Of a stretch of 64,000 bases of DNA, positions 36,003 to 44,607 are shown piece after piece; the first letter of the stretch is position 1; each line of letters starts with the position of its first letter. A program made the position numbers and the translations under genes. The stretch is from an uncultured Lachnospiraceae bacterium (lineage in GTDB: Bacteria; Bacillota; Clostridia; Lachnospirales; Lachnospiraceae), in NCBI GenBank assembly GCA_963929535.1, contig CAWVIZ010000009.1:150433-214432 (forward strand), written 5' to 3'. A model generated the notes under the pieces. It was not told the DNA's origin. It saw nothing but the letters and a program-made list of their open reading frames with translations, and did no database searches.

Positions 36003-37610
36003 TTATTGCTGATTGGCCATCAAACTGGTGACCGTGCACACCGGTTCCCCTTCCATATACTCCAGAGTTACCGGATCACCTTCCTTCAGAGCTACTACCT
36101 GGAGGAAATCCTGCACCGGCACATCGAAGATCAGCTTGCTGCCTTCCAGGACCAGGTAAAAATGGGAATTCCCATCGATCACGCTCTGGGCAATCCGCTC
36201 TATATTTCCTGAAATCTTCTGCACTGCCCCGGTATCCGTTCCTGAAACAATACCGCTGGAATTCAGCAGCTTTTTGTAGGACTCCTCACACTGAGCCACC
36301 GTATCTCCCACTGCTACATTCTGATATTTCTGGATATTTACCATGGCATACTTTTTCACCAGACCAGCATCATCCTTCAATGCCATAAAGTATGTGGGTT
36401 CTCCGGAAATATTCAGCAGAATAGGGAAGGTGGCCTGGTATCCCAGATTCTGTACCTGTCCTTCCGCCGAATCCATGGCAGACTGTTCCTCCGCTCCGTT
36501 TATCTCATAGTAACGGGTTTCCCTGGTTCTCTGATTCATCAGGACAAATCCCACGTTGGACCGGTCACCGCTGACAGAAGTAACGCCGGTATACACCCAT
36601 ACATCGTCCTCCATGGCCATGTAATTGTAGCCGTCTGTTGTCTTCAGACAGCCCTTCTGACCGAAAACGCTGTTGATATAGCCGTTGACCAGTGTTCCAT
36701 GATAATTGTACAGCCTGATCAGCAGATCTGCGGGATTCGCCCGATCCACCCAGGCAGGACAATCCTCCAGCGCGTAATCTGTGGTTTCTCCGGTCTGGGC
36801 ATTGCACAGCACCACTCTCCCGATGGTCTGTCCCCCGAACAGACCGATCTCGAATTTTTTCACCGGGCAGATCCAGTAGGGTGTGCCGTTATCGTCGATC
36901 TCAAAGCTGAGCTGGTCAAAGATGTACGTGGGATACCGGAAACGCAGATGGCGGTAAATATTCCTGTTCAAATACTCGCTCTCCGAATACCGTATGGGCT
37001 GATCCAGCTTTACCAGCTCTGTGTTCTGGGTTGTCATGTCGATCATGATATAAGCCGGGATACCGGAGGACTGATTGGTCAGCCATTTCACCGGACTGGC
37101 ATATACCAGCGGAGTTACCCTCACCGGCTTTTCCTGGTAATTGATCTGGGAATACAGATCGCTGACCTCAAACTGCGACACCATATCCACCATACTTCCC
37201 ATCTTCCGGTTTCCCAGGATGGCTGCGCTGTCCTTGTCCAGCAGCGGGATCTGGCTGTAGTTCACCGGCTGGATATCCTCTGTGAAACTGCGCTCCTCCA
37301 CAGTCAGCAGAGCCTGATACTTTTTGGCGTTCACGATCGGCGAAGATAACAGAGCGCCTGCTCCGTATACCAGCACGATCAGCAGCAGGATTCCCGCGCC
37401 CACTTTCATTACCCTGCTTTCTTTCACCTCGGACACTGTACGGATCTTCTTTTTTGCAGCATATGCAGCCAGAAGGAGCGCCACCAGAACAATAAAAAAT
37501 ATCCAGAAACCGGTGGAATGGATGTTGATGGCCGGAAGCGTCACATAATAATAGACCGCCGCCGCCAGAATCACCGCCAGAGCCAGAAGAATCTTGGCCT
37601 TTCTTTTCAT
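36003..37610 (-). CDS. Conserved membrane-anchored hypothetical protein (two N-terminal TM segments, large extracytoplasmic domain)
   Basis: 535 aa. N-terminus MKRKAKILLALAVILAAAVYYY plus a second TM segment. No catalytic motif recognised. Confidence 0.65.
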   Translation of the reverse strand: MKRKAKILLALAVILAAAVYYYVTLPAINIHSTGFWIFFIVLVALLLAAYAAKKKIRTVSEVKESRVMKVGAGILLLIVLVYGAGALLSSPIVNAKKYQALLTVEERSFTEDIQPVNYSQIPLLDKDSAAILGNRKMGSMVDMVSQFEVSDLYSQINYQEKPVRVTPLVYASPVKWLTNQSSGIPAYIMIDMTTQNTELVKLDQPIRYSESEYLNRNIYRHLRFRYPTYIFDQLSFEIDDNGTPYWICPVKKFEIGLFGGQTIGRVVLCNAQTGETTDYALEDCPAWVDRANPADLLIRLYNYHGTLVNGYINSVFGQKGCLKTTDGYNYMAMEDDVWVYTGVTSVSGDRSNVGFVLMNQRTRETRYYEINGAEEQSAMDSAEGQVQNLGYQATFPILLNISGEPTYFMALKDDAGLVKKYAMVNIQKYQNVAVGDTVAQCEESYKKLLNSSGIVSGTDTGAVQKISGNIERIAQSVIDGNSHFYLVLEGSKLIFDVPVQDFLQVVALKEGDPVTLEYMEGEPVCTVTSLMANQQ

Positions 37611-37649
37611 AAATACCTGTTCCTTTCTTTCAGAATATATATGATAGTC

Positions 37650-37678
37650 ACTATAGGATATCCGTATCTATTCGTCAA
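37650..37678 (-). promoter_or_regulatory. Sigma-A-type promoter of the 36003-37610 gene
   Basis: On the minus strand, TTGACG (37678-37673) - 17 nt - TATAGT (37655-37650). Confidence 0.6.
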
Positions 37679-37695
37679 GACCTTTTTGGCGGATT

Positions 37696-37747
37696 CCGGT
37701 TTCCGGCGTAACAGTTCAGCCCTTCGGCTTCACTGTCATAAAAGTAT
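37696..37747 (-). repeat. Hairpin repeat, copy B
   Basis: Same family as copy A. The hairpin spans 37710-37737 and ends exactly 31 nt upstream of the -35 box at 37678. Confidence 0.7.
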
Positions 37748-37823
37748 TTCCAGTATTTTACATTTTTTTATACTCTTTTTATCTTTCCCGGCATCCCCCT
37801 GCGCGCCAAACCTACAACCCGCG

Positions 37824-37862
37824 AAAAAGGCGGTATAACCCTTCCAACAGGGCTATACCGCC
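37824..37862 (-). terminator. Intrinsic terminator of the EF-G paralog gene
   Basis: On the minus strand, GGCGGTATAGCCCT...AGGGTTATACCGCC followed by UUUUU. Confidence 0.8.
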
Positions 37863-37912
37863 TAATGAGATCATATCATCTCTGTCAGGCCGCAGCTTTG
37901 CAGCCTTTTCCT

Positions 37913-40003
37913 CTATTCCTCGCCATCCTCCAGCTTGTTGGCTCTGGCCTGGATCTCCTTCTCCTGTACATCGGAGGGTGCCTGCTCATACCGGGCAAAG
38001 GTATAGGAGAAATCTCCGGCGCCTCCGGTCATGGAACGCAGTGTGGTGGAATATCCGTAAATCTCCAGCTGAGGCACATCCGCCTCCACCACCGTATAAC
38101 CGTCTCTGTCAGGATTCATTCCCAGCACACGGCCGCGGCGTTTGTTCAGATCTCCCATCACATCTCCGGTAAATTTATCCGGAACACGCACCTTCATGTT
38201 CACAATGGGCTCCAGCAGTACGGGAGAGGCTGCCATAAAGCCTTCTTTGAATGCCATCTTGGTAGCGGTCTTGAATGCCATCTCAGAAGAATCTACCGGA
38301 TGATAGGAACCGTCATACAGAACGGCCTTCACGCCGACTACCGGATAAGCCGCCAGCGGTCCTGCCACCACCGACTCCTGCAGTCCCTTTTCCACAGCCG
38401 GGAAATAATTCTTGGGAACCGCGCCGCCCACCACGATCTGTTCAAACTCATAGGGGGTCTCCAGATCTCCGGAGGGCTCGAAGGTCATCTTCACGTGACC
38501 ATACTGTCCGTGTCCGCCGGACTGCTTCTTATATTTTTTATCCACATCGGATTTCTTGCGGATCGTCTCCCGGAAGGCAACCTTGGGCTTGGAAATCTCC
38601 ACATTCACCTTGTACTCTTCCTGCAGCTTGCTGACGATCACATCAATATGCTGATCACCCATACCGTAGATCAGTGTCTGGCGGTTGGCAGAATCATTGA
38701 CCACACGCATGGTAAGGTCTTCCTGGCACATCTTGGACAACGCCTGGGAGATCTTATCCACATCCGCCTTATTCACCGCTTTATATCTTTTGCAGGTGTA
38801 GGGAACGGAAATATCCGGCTTACCGTAAACTACGGGAGCGTTCTTGGTGGCCAGACTGTCTCCTGTTCTCAGCTCGTTCAGCTTTGCCACAGCGCCGATA
38901 TCTCCCGCATGAAGCTCCGGCACCTCCACCGGCCTGGATCCCTCCAGCACATACAGCTTGCCCAGCTTCACCTCTGCATCCTGATCCACATCATACATGG
39001 TATCGCCGGACTTGATCACGCCGGAGCAAACCTTCAGCATGGAATATTTTCCCAGGAAAGGATCCACGATTGTCTTGAAGACAGTGGCGGACTTGGTGGT
39101 GGTAAAGTCATAGTTAGCTTCAAAGATTTCGCTGGTATTCTTCAGGATACCGGCCTTCTCTCTCTGGCTGGGATCCGGGAAGTATCCGCAGATATCATCC
39201 AGAAGGTTCCTCACTCCCTGAAGGTTCACAGGAGATCCCATGCAGACAGGAACCAGGCTTCCGTCTCCCACGCAAAGAGCCAGCGCCGCTGAAATCTCGG
39301 AGATGGAAAACTCATCCCCCTCAAAATACCGGTCCATAAACTCTTCACTGGTCTCTGCCACTGCCTCCAGCAGGATCTCACGATATTTTTCCAGATATTC
39401 CCTGGAATACTCCGGAACAGGGCACTCCGTCTTTCCGCCCTTCTCTATATAACGGCGTCCCTTATTCTTTACGATATTAATATATCCCACGAACTTTTCA
39501 TTCTCACGGATAGGCATATGCAGAGGAGCGATCCGCTTTCCATACAGCTCTGTCAGATCCTCCACCACCTGGCGGTAGCTGACATTGTCGATATCCATCT
39601 CTGTCACGAAGATCATGCGGGGCAGCTTATACTTCTCGCACAATTCCCATGCCTTCTGGGTTCCCACCTGTACGCCGGACTTTCCGGAAACCACGATCAC
39701 CGCTGCGTCGGCCGCAGCAGCAGCCTCCTCCGCCTCTCCTACAAAATCGAAAAATCCCGGGGTATCCATGATGTTCACTTTCACTTTATCCCATACGATG
39801 GGAACCGTGGTCGTGCTGATTGAAAATTTGCGTTTGATTTCCTCTTTATCATAATCACTGATGGTATTTCCATCTGCAACCTTGCCCAGCCGGTTTGTAA
39901 TGCCGGAAAGATAGGCCATAGCTTCTGTCAGTGTGGTCTTTCCCGCACCGCCATGACCAAGCAGCACCACATTTCTGATTCTGTCAGTTCTGAAAACGTC
40001 CAT
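37913..40003 (-). CDS. Elongation factor G family GTPase (EF-G paralog)
   Basis: G1 GHGGAGKTT, G3 DTPGFFDF, five-domain length (696 aa). It is not in the str operon context, so it is probably a second EF-G. Confidence 0.85.
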   Translation of the reverse strand: MDVFRTDRIRNVVLLGHGGAGKTTLTEAMAYLSGITNRLGKVADGNTISDYDKEEIKRKFSISTTTVPIVWDKVKVNIMDTPGFFDFVGEAEEAAAAADAAVIVVSGKSGVQVGTQKAWELCEKYKLPRMIFVTEMDIDNVSYRQVVEDLTELYGKRIAPLHMPIRENEKFVGYINIVKNKGRRYIEKGGKTECPVPEYSREYLEKYREILLEAVAETSEEFMDRYFEGDEFSISEISAALALCVGDGSLVPVCMGSPVNLQGVRNLLDDICGYFPDPSQREKAGILKNTSEIFEANYDFTTTKSATVFKTIVDPFLGKYSMLKVCSGVIKSGDTMYDVDQDAEVKLGKLYVLEGSRPVEVPELHAGDIGAVAKLNELRTGDSLATKNAPVVYGKPDISVPYTCKRYKAVNKADVDKISQALSKMCQEDLTMRVVNDSANRQTLIYGMGDQHIDVIVSKLQEEYKVNVEISKPKVAFRETIRKKSDVDKKYKKQSGGHGQYGHVKMTFEPSGDLETPYEFEQIVVGGAVPKNYFPAVEKGLQESVVAGPLAAYPVVGVKAVLYDGSYHPVDSSEMAFKTATKMAFKEGFMAASPVLLEPIVNMKVRVPDKFTGDVMGDLNKRRGRVLGMNPDRDGYTVVEADVPQLEIYGYSTTLRSMTGGAGDFSYTFARYEQAPSDVQEKEIQARANKLEDGEE

Positions 40004-40311
40004 ATGTAATACCTCCCAAGTTTTAGTATGGCTATATTTTACTAAAACTTCATGAATATTTCAAGTAATTTATGGAATATTGACAATTATTTTCCCCAAC
40101 TTTTCCTTCTCATCTGGATAGATTGTGTATACTTTTCGTGAATATTAGATTTTTTTATTCAATTTCCCGGGATTTCTCTCTGTAATTCCCAAGACCGCCC
40201 ATCCCAGGACACCAGGTCTGCGCCCACAGTTTGCGGGCTCCCTCTGAACATGCGGCAGGACAGCGGAAGGAGGAACCGGCGGCTGCATTTTCACTTTAAA
40301 GTGTTAAATTA

Positions 40312-40340
40312 TTGACTTTTTTCCGGCGGTGCCTTACAAT
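40312..40340 (+). promoter_or_regulatory. Sigma-A-type promoter of the aromatic amino acid operon
   Basis: TTGACT (40312-40317) - 17 nt - TACAAT (40335-40340). Confidence 0.6.
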
Positions 40341-40388
40341 GAAAAAGCCAAAACAGTTATATCACCCAAAAGAATAGAGGAAAAGCAA

Positions 40389-41408
40389 ATGATTATTGTA
40401 ATGAAACCGGGCGCGCCTCAAAGCGCCGTCCATTCCATAACAGAGGTTATCGCATCCAAAGGACTTCAGACTCATCTTTCTCAGGGAGAGCAGGTAACCA
40501 TCATCGGAGTAGTGGGCGACAAATCCAGACTGAACAGCCAGAATCTGGAGGTTATGCCCTATGTGGACAGGATCGTTCCCATCACCGAGAGCTACAAACT
40601 GACCAACCGGAAGTTCCATCCCCAGCCCACCAGAGTAAAAGTCGGCAATCATGAGATCGGCCCGGATACCCTGACCATCATGGCAGGGCCATGTGCAGTG
40701 GAAACAGAAGAACAGCTGATGACCATTGCCAGAGAGGTAAAGAAGGCCGGAGCGCAGATCGTCCGGGGAGGCGCTTATAAGCCCCGGACTTCTCCTTATT
40801 CCTTCCAGGGTCTGGAAGAGGAGGGGCTCCGCTACATGGCCAATGCCCGGCAGGAAACAGGGCTGGCCACCATCTGTGAGGTGATCAGCGAGGAAGCCAT
40901 TGAGGCCGCCGTCAAATACGTGGATATGATTCAGATCGGTGCCAGAAACATGCAGAATTTCCAGCTTCTCCGGGAGGCAGGGCGCTCCGGACTTCCTGTT
41001 CTTCTGAAGCGTGGACTGGCTGCCACCATCGATGAATGGCTGAATGCCGCCGAGTATATCATCGCGGAAGGAAATCCCAATGTGGTACTGTGTGAACGCG
41101 GGATCCGCACCTATGAGACCGCCACCAGGAACACTCTGGACTTAAGCGCTGTCCCTGTGATCCGGGCAAAATCCCACCTTCCAATCATCGTGGATCCCAG
41201 TCATGCCACCGGAGTAGCCGCCTATGTGCCTCCACTGGCCAAGGCCGCAGTGGCCTGCGGGGCCGACGGACTGATGATCGAAGTCCACAACGATCCGGCT
41301 CACGCCCTTTCCGATGGACCTCAGTCCCTCACCTTTGACCAGTTTGATGCCCTGATGGCTGATATGGCCGCCTATATCCGGCTTGCAGAAAGGAAATTGG
41401 TATTATGA
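40389..41408 (+). CDS. aroF: 3-deoxy-7-phosphoheptulonate (DAHP) synthase, type I-beta with an N-terminal regulatory domain
   Basis: The N-terminal ferredoxin-like domain starts MIIVMKPGA. The catalytic core matches the KDO8P/DAHP synthase family (IAGPCAVE, GAYKPRTSPYSFQG, DPSHATG). Confidence 0.88.
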   Translation: MIIVMKPGAPQSAVHSITEVIASKGLQTHLSQGEQVTIIGVVGDKSRLNSQNLEVMPYVDRIVPITESYKLTNRKFHPQPTRVKVGNHEIGPDTLTIMAGPCAVETEEQLMTIAREVKKAGAQIVRGGAYKPRTSPYSFQGLEEEGLRYMANARQETGLATICEVISEEAIEAAVKYVDMIQIGARNMQNFQLLREAGRSGLPVLLKRGLAATIDEWLNAAEYIIAEGNPNVVLCERGIRTYETATRNTLDLSAVPVIRAKSHLPIIVDPSHATGVAAYVPPLAKAAVACGADGLMIEVHNDPAHALSDGPQSLTFDQFDALMADMAAYIRLAERKLVL

Positions 41409-42508
41409 CAGAAGGTCTTCATATTGGGTTTATCGGGTTCGGCCTGATCGGAGGGTCCATTGCCAAGTCCATCCGCCGGACGCGTCCGGACAGTGTCCTG
41501 TATGCCTACACCAGAACGGAGGCAACCCTGGATGCCGCAGTGGAAGAAGGCGTGATCGACATCCGCTGCACCCGGGAGGATACCCGGTTTGGAAATTGTG
41601 ATTACATCTTCCTCTGTGCTCCTGTTACGGAAAATATCTCTTATCTGTCGTGGCTTCGCCGGATCATCTCTCCCGGATGCATCATCACCGATGTGGGAAG
41701 TGTAAAAGGGGAAATCCATCAGGCGGCACACCGGCTGGAACTTGACGCTAATTTTATCGGAGGCCATCCCATGGCCGGGTCTGAGAAAACAGGCTATTCC
41801 AATTCCACGGATTTTCTCCTGGAAAATACCTACTATATCCTGACTCCCGGAGAACAGGTGGAGGTATCTCGGCTTTCGGACTTTATGGAGCTGGTGACGG
41901 CTCTTGGGGCGATCCCTCTGGTGCTCACCCATCAGGAGCATGACTATATCACTGCTGCTGTCAGTCATCTGCCTCATATCATTGCCTCCACCCTGGTGAA
42001 TGCCATTCATAAGATGGATACCCCCAAGGAACATATGAAGCTGATCGCGGCGGGCGGATTTAAGGATATCACCCGCATTGCGTCCTCTTCTCCTGTGATG
42101 TGGCAGCAGATCTGCCTGGAAAACAGAGAGATGATCTCCCGGGTGCTGGATGAATATATCCGCCTGATCGTTCAGGCCAAATGCTGGGTGGATAACGGGG
42201 ATGCCGGGGACCTGTACCGGATGTTCGACAGCTCCCGGGAATACCGGGATTCCCTTCCCGATTCCTCCAAAGGAATGCTGGAAAAGATGTATGCCCTCTA
42301 CTGCGACATCTACGATGAGGCCGGCGGCATTGCCACAATTGCCACCCTGCTGGCCATGAACAATATCAATATCAAGAATATCGGCATCGTCCATAACCGG
42401 GAATTCGAAGAAGGTGTCCTGCGTATCGAATTTTACGAGGAAGAAGCCCTGAAAAAATCAGAAAAAGTATTAAGTGAGCGGAATTACCGTATCCATGTCC
42501 GCTCCTGA
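41405..42508 (+). CDS. tyrA: Prephenate dehydrogenase with C-terminal ACT domain
   Basis: Rossmann motif IGFIGFGLIGGS and GGHPMAGSE. The ATGA overlaps the aroF stop. Confidence 0.88.
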   Translation: MTEGLHIGFIGFGLIGGSIAKSIRRTRPDSVLYAYTRTEATLDAAVEEGVIDIRCTREDTRFGNCDYIFLCAPVTENISYLSWLRRIISPGCIITDVGSVKGEIHQAAHRLELDANFIGGHPMAGSEKTGYSNSTDFLLENTYYILTPGEQVEVSRLSDFMELVTALGAIPLVLTHQEHDYITAAVSHLPHIIASTLVNAIHKMDTPKEHMKLIAAGGFKDITRIASSSPVMWQQICLENREMISRVLDEYIRLIVQAKCWVDNGDAGDLYRMFDSSREYRDSLPDSSKGMLEKMYALYCDIYDEAGGIATIATLLAMNNINIKNIGIVHNREFEEGVLRIEFYEEEALKKSEKVLSERNYRIHVRS

Positions 42509-42519
42509 GGAGGTACAAA

Positions 42520-43815
42520 TTGAAGGAACATACCATGGAAATCCAAAAACCTTCGGCTCCCCTCCGGGGGATCGTGGACATTCCCGGAGACAAATCCATC
42601 AGCCACCGGGCTGTGATGTTCGGCGCTTTAGCCAGGGGGACTACCCGCATCACCAATTTTCTCCAGGGGGCCGACTGCCTTTCCACAATTTCCTGTTTCC
42701 GCAAGCTGGGCATTCCAGTGGATCTCTCCGAAAATGAGGTGCTGGTACATGGAAAGGGCCTTCACGGACTGGCGGCCCCCGATCAGGTGCTGGATGTGGG
42801 GAACAGCGGAACCACCATGCGGCTTCTTTCCGGGATCCTGGCCGGCCAGCCGTTCTCCAGCTGCCTTACGGGTGATTCCTCTATCCGGAAACGTCCCATG
42901 GGGCGGATCATCACTCCTTTGTCCCGGATGGGGGCTTCTATTGACAGTCAGGAGCAGAATGGCTGTGCTCCTCTGGAGATCCGGGGCGGGCGGCTGAAGG
43001 GAATCCACTACCAGTCTCCGGTGGCCTCCGCTCAGGTAAAATCTGCTGTTCTTCTGGCCGGAATGTACGCCGACGCTCCTACTTCAGTCACAGAGCCCTG
43101 GCTTTCCCGGAATCACACAGAACGGATGCTTTCCCGCTTTGGAGCCGCGGTCACCACCCGTGATACCACAGCCACGATCCTGCCGGATCCTGATCTGTGC
43201 GCGGCGGATATTCAGGTTCCCGGCGATATTTCCTCCGCTGCTTACTTCATTGCCGCAGCTCTTCTGGTACCGGGTTCAGAACTTCTGATCCGCAATGTGG
43301 GGATCAATCCCACCAGAGACGGCATCCTGCAGGTATGCAGGGCCATGGGAGCCGACATTGCCCTGGAGAATATCCGGGACCAGAGCGGAGAGCCCTCCGC
43401 CGACCTTCTGGTCCGCGCTTCCCATCTGTCCGGAACCACCATTGAGGGATCTCTGATCCCCACCCTCATTGACGAGCTTCCCGTCATAGCTGTTCTGGCC
43501 GCTTGCGCCCAGGGCACCACAGTGATCCGGGACGCCCAGGAGCTGAAGGTAAAGGAATCCAACCGGCTGGATATCCTGGTAACGGAGCTGGGGGCTATGG
43601 GCTGCCATGTGGAGGGTACCCAGGACGGTATGGTGATCCGCGGAGGTCAGCCGCTTACCGGCACATTCATTGACAGCCGTCTGGACCACCGGATCGCCAT
43701 GTCTTTTGCCGTAGCCGGACTCGCCGCCGAAGGCGTCACTTCCATCGGCCGGGCAGAGTGCGTAGATATCTCCTATCCCGGATTCTTTGCTGATCTGAAA
43801 AGACTGGCCGGATAA
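42520..43815 (+). CDS. aroA: 3-phosphoshikimate 1-carboxyvinyltransferase (EPSP synthase)
   Basis: Motifs PGDKSISHR and LGNSGTTMRLL. The TTG start at 42520 lies 6 nt after GAGGAGG; an alternative ATG is at 42535. Confidence 0.92.
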   Translation: MKEHTMEIQKPSAPLRGIVDIPGDKSISHRAVMFGALARGTTRITNFLQGADCLSTISCFRKLGIPVDLSENEVLVHGKGLHGLAAPDQVLDVGNSGTTMRLLSGILAGQPFSSCLTGDSSIRKRPMGRIITPLSRMGASIDSQEQNGCAPLEIRGGRLKGIHYQSPVASAQVKSAVLLAGMYADAPTSVTEPWLSRNHTERMLSRFGAAVTTRDTTATILPDPDLCAADIQVPGDISSAAYFIAAALLVPGSELLIRNVGINPTRDGILQVCRAMGADIALENIRDQSGEPSADLLVRASHLSGTTIEGSLIPTLIDELPVIAVLAACAQGTTVIRDAQELKVKESNRLDILVTELGAMGCHVEGTQDGMVIRGGQPLTGTFIDSRLDHRIAMSFAVAGLAAEGVTSIGRAECVDISYPGFFADLKRLAG

Positions 43816-43941
43816 AGGCCGGTCCTTTCCGGCAGTCAAAAATCCCGCAACATACCGGATCAATCTCTGGTATGCCGTGGGATTTTCTTATTTCATGGGG
43901 AAGGGCGTTTCCGCAGGAATCCCATCAGACGGACTTCCGTC

Positions 43942-44592
43942 TCATTTCTCCCCGCTTCCGTAAAAGTCCACCACGTCCTTCTCATCATAATAAATCTTGT
44001 CTACGTCTTCCACGCAGACTTTTCCATCCTGTACACTCACAATGGTCACACTGCAGTTGGGGGGAACGTGATCTCCCCACAGGCTGCCCGTTCTGTTTCG
44101 GATATTATACAGAAGAGCCCGGCTGGAGCAGCCGTGAGCAGCCACCAGAATGGTTTTGTCCTGGTATTGCGGCGTGTCAAGAAGCTCCTGCCAGAACGCG
44201 CCCGTCCGCTCCACCACCTGTTCCACCAGCTCTCCGCCCCTGGGCGGCTGATAATGGAAAGGATCGGAAAAAAACAGGGAAAATTCGCTGGAGGGAATCT
44301 CATAATTGTCCTTCCGGCAGCAGAGCCCCTCCCATTCTCCAAAGGTGATCTCCTGGATTCTGGCGTCCTCGATCACAGGCACCTGACGGCCTTCCAGAAC
44401 CAGCCGTGCAGTTTCCCTGGCCCGGATCAGGGGACTGGTAAATGCCAGATCAAAGGGCACATCCCGCAGTCCCTCTCCGGTGATTTTCGCCAGCCGGATA
44501 CCATTTTCATTCAGCGCAATATCTTCTCTGCCCTGCAGCCGTCCCTCCGTGTTCCATACAGTTTCTCCATGCCGGATAATATAAAGCTTCAT
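43942..44592 (-). CDS. Histidine phosphatase family protein (phosphoglycerate mutase-like)
   Basis: The RHGET motif near the N-terminus (LYIIRHGETVWN) and a later H (AAHG). Confidence 0.85.
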   Translation of the reverse strand: MKLYIIRHGETVWNTEGRLQGREDIALNENGIRLAKITGEGLRDVPFDLAFTSPLIRARETARLVLEGRQVPVIEDARIQEITFGEWEGLCCRKDNYEIPSSEFSLFFSDPFHYQPPRGGELVEQVVERTGAFWQELLDTPQYQDKTILVAAHGCSSRALLYNIRNRTGSLWGDHVPPNCSVTIVSVQDGKVCVEDVDKIYYDEKDVVDFYGSGEK

Positions 44593-44607
44593 AACATCCC
44601 TCTTTCT

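Noticed and set aside
33091-36212. Long plus-strand ORFs (526 and 520 aa) over leuS and its leader
   Set aside because: They are antisense to leuS and run through the T-box and terminator. Their composition is not protein-like.
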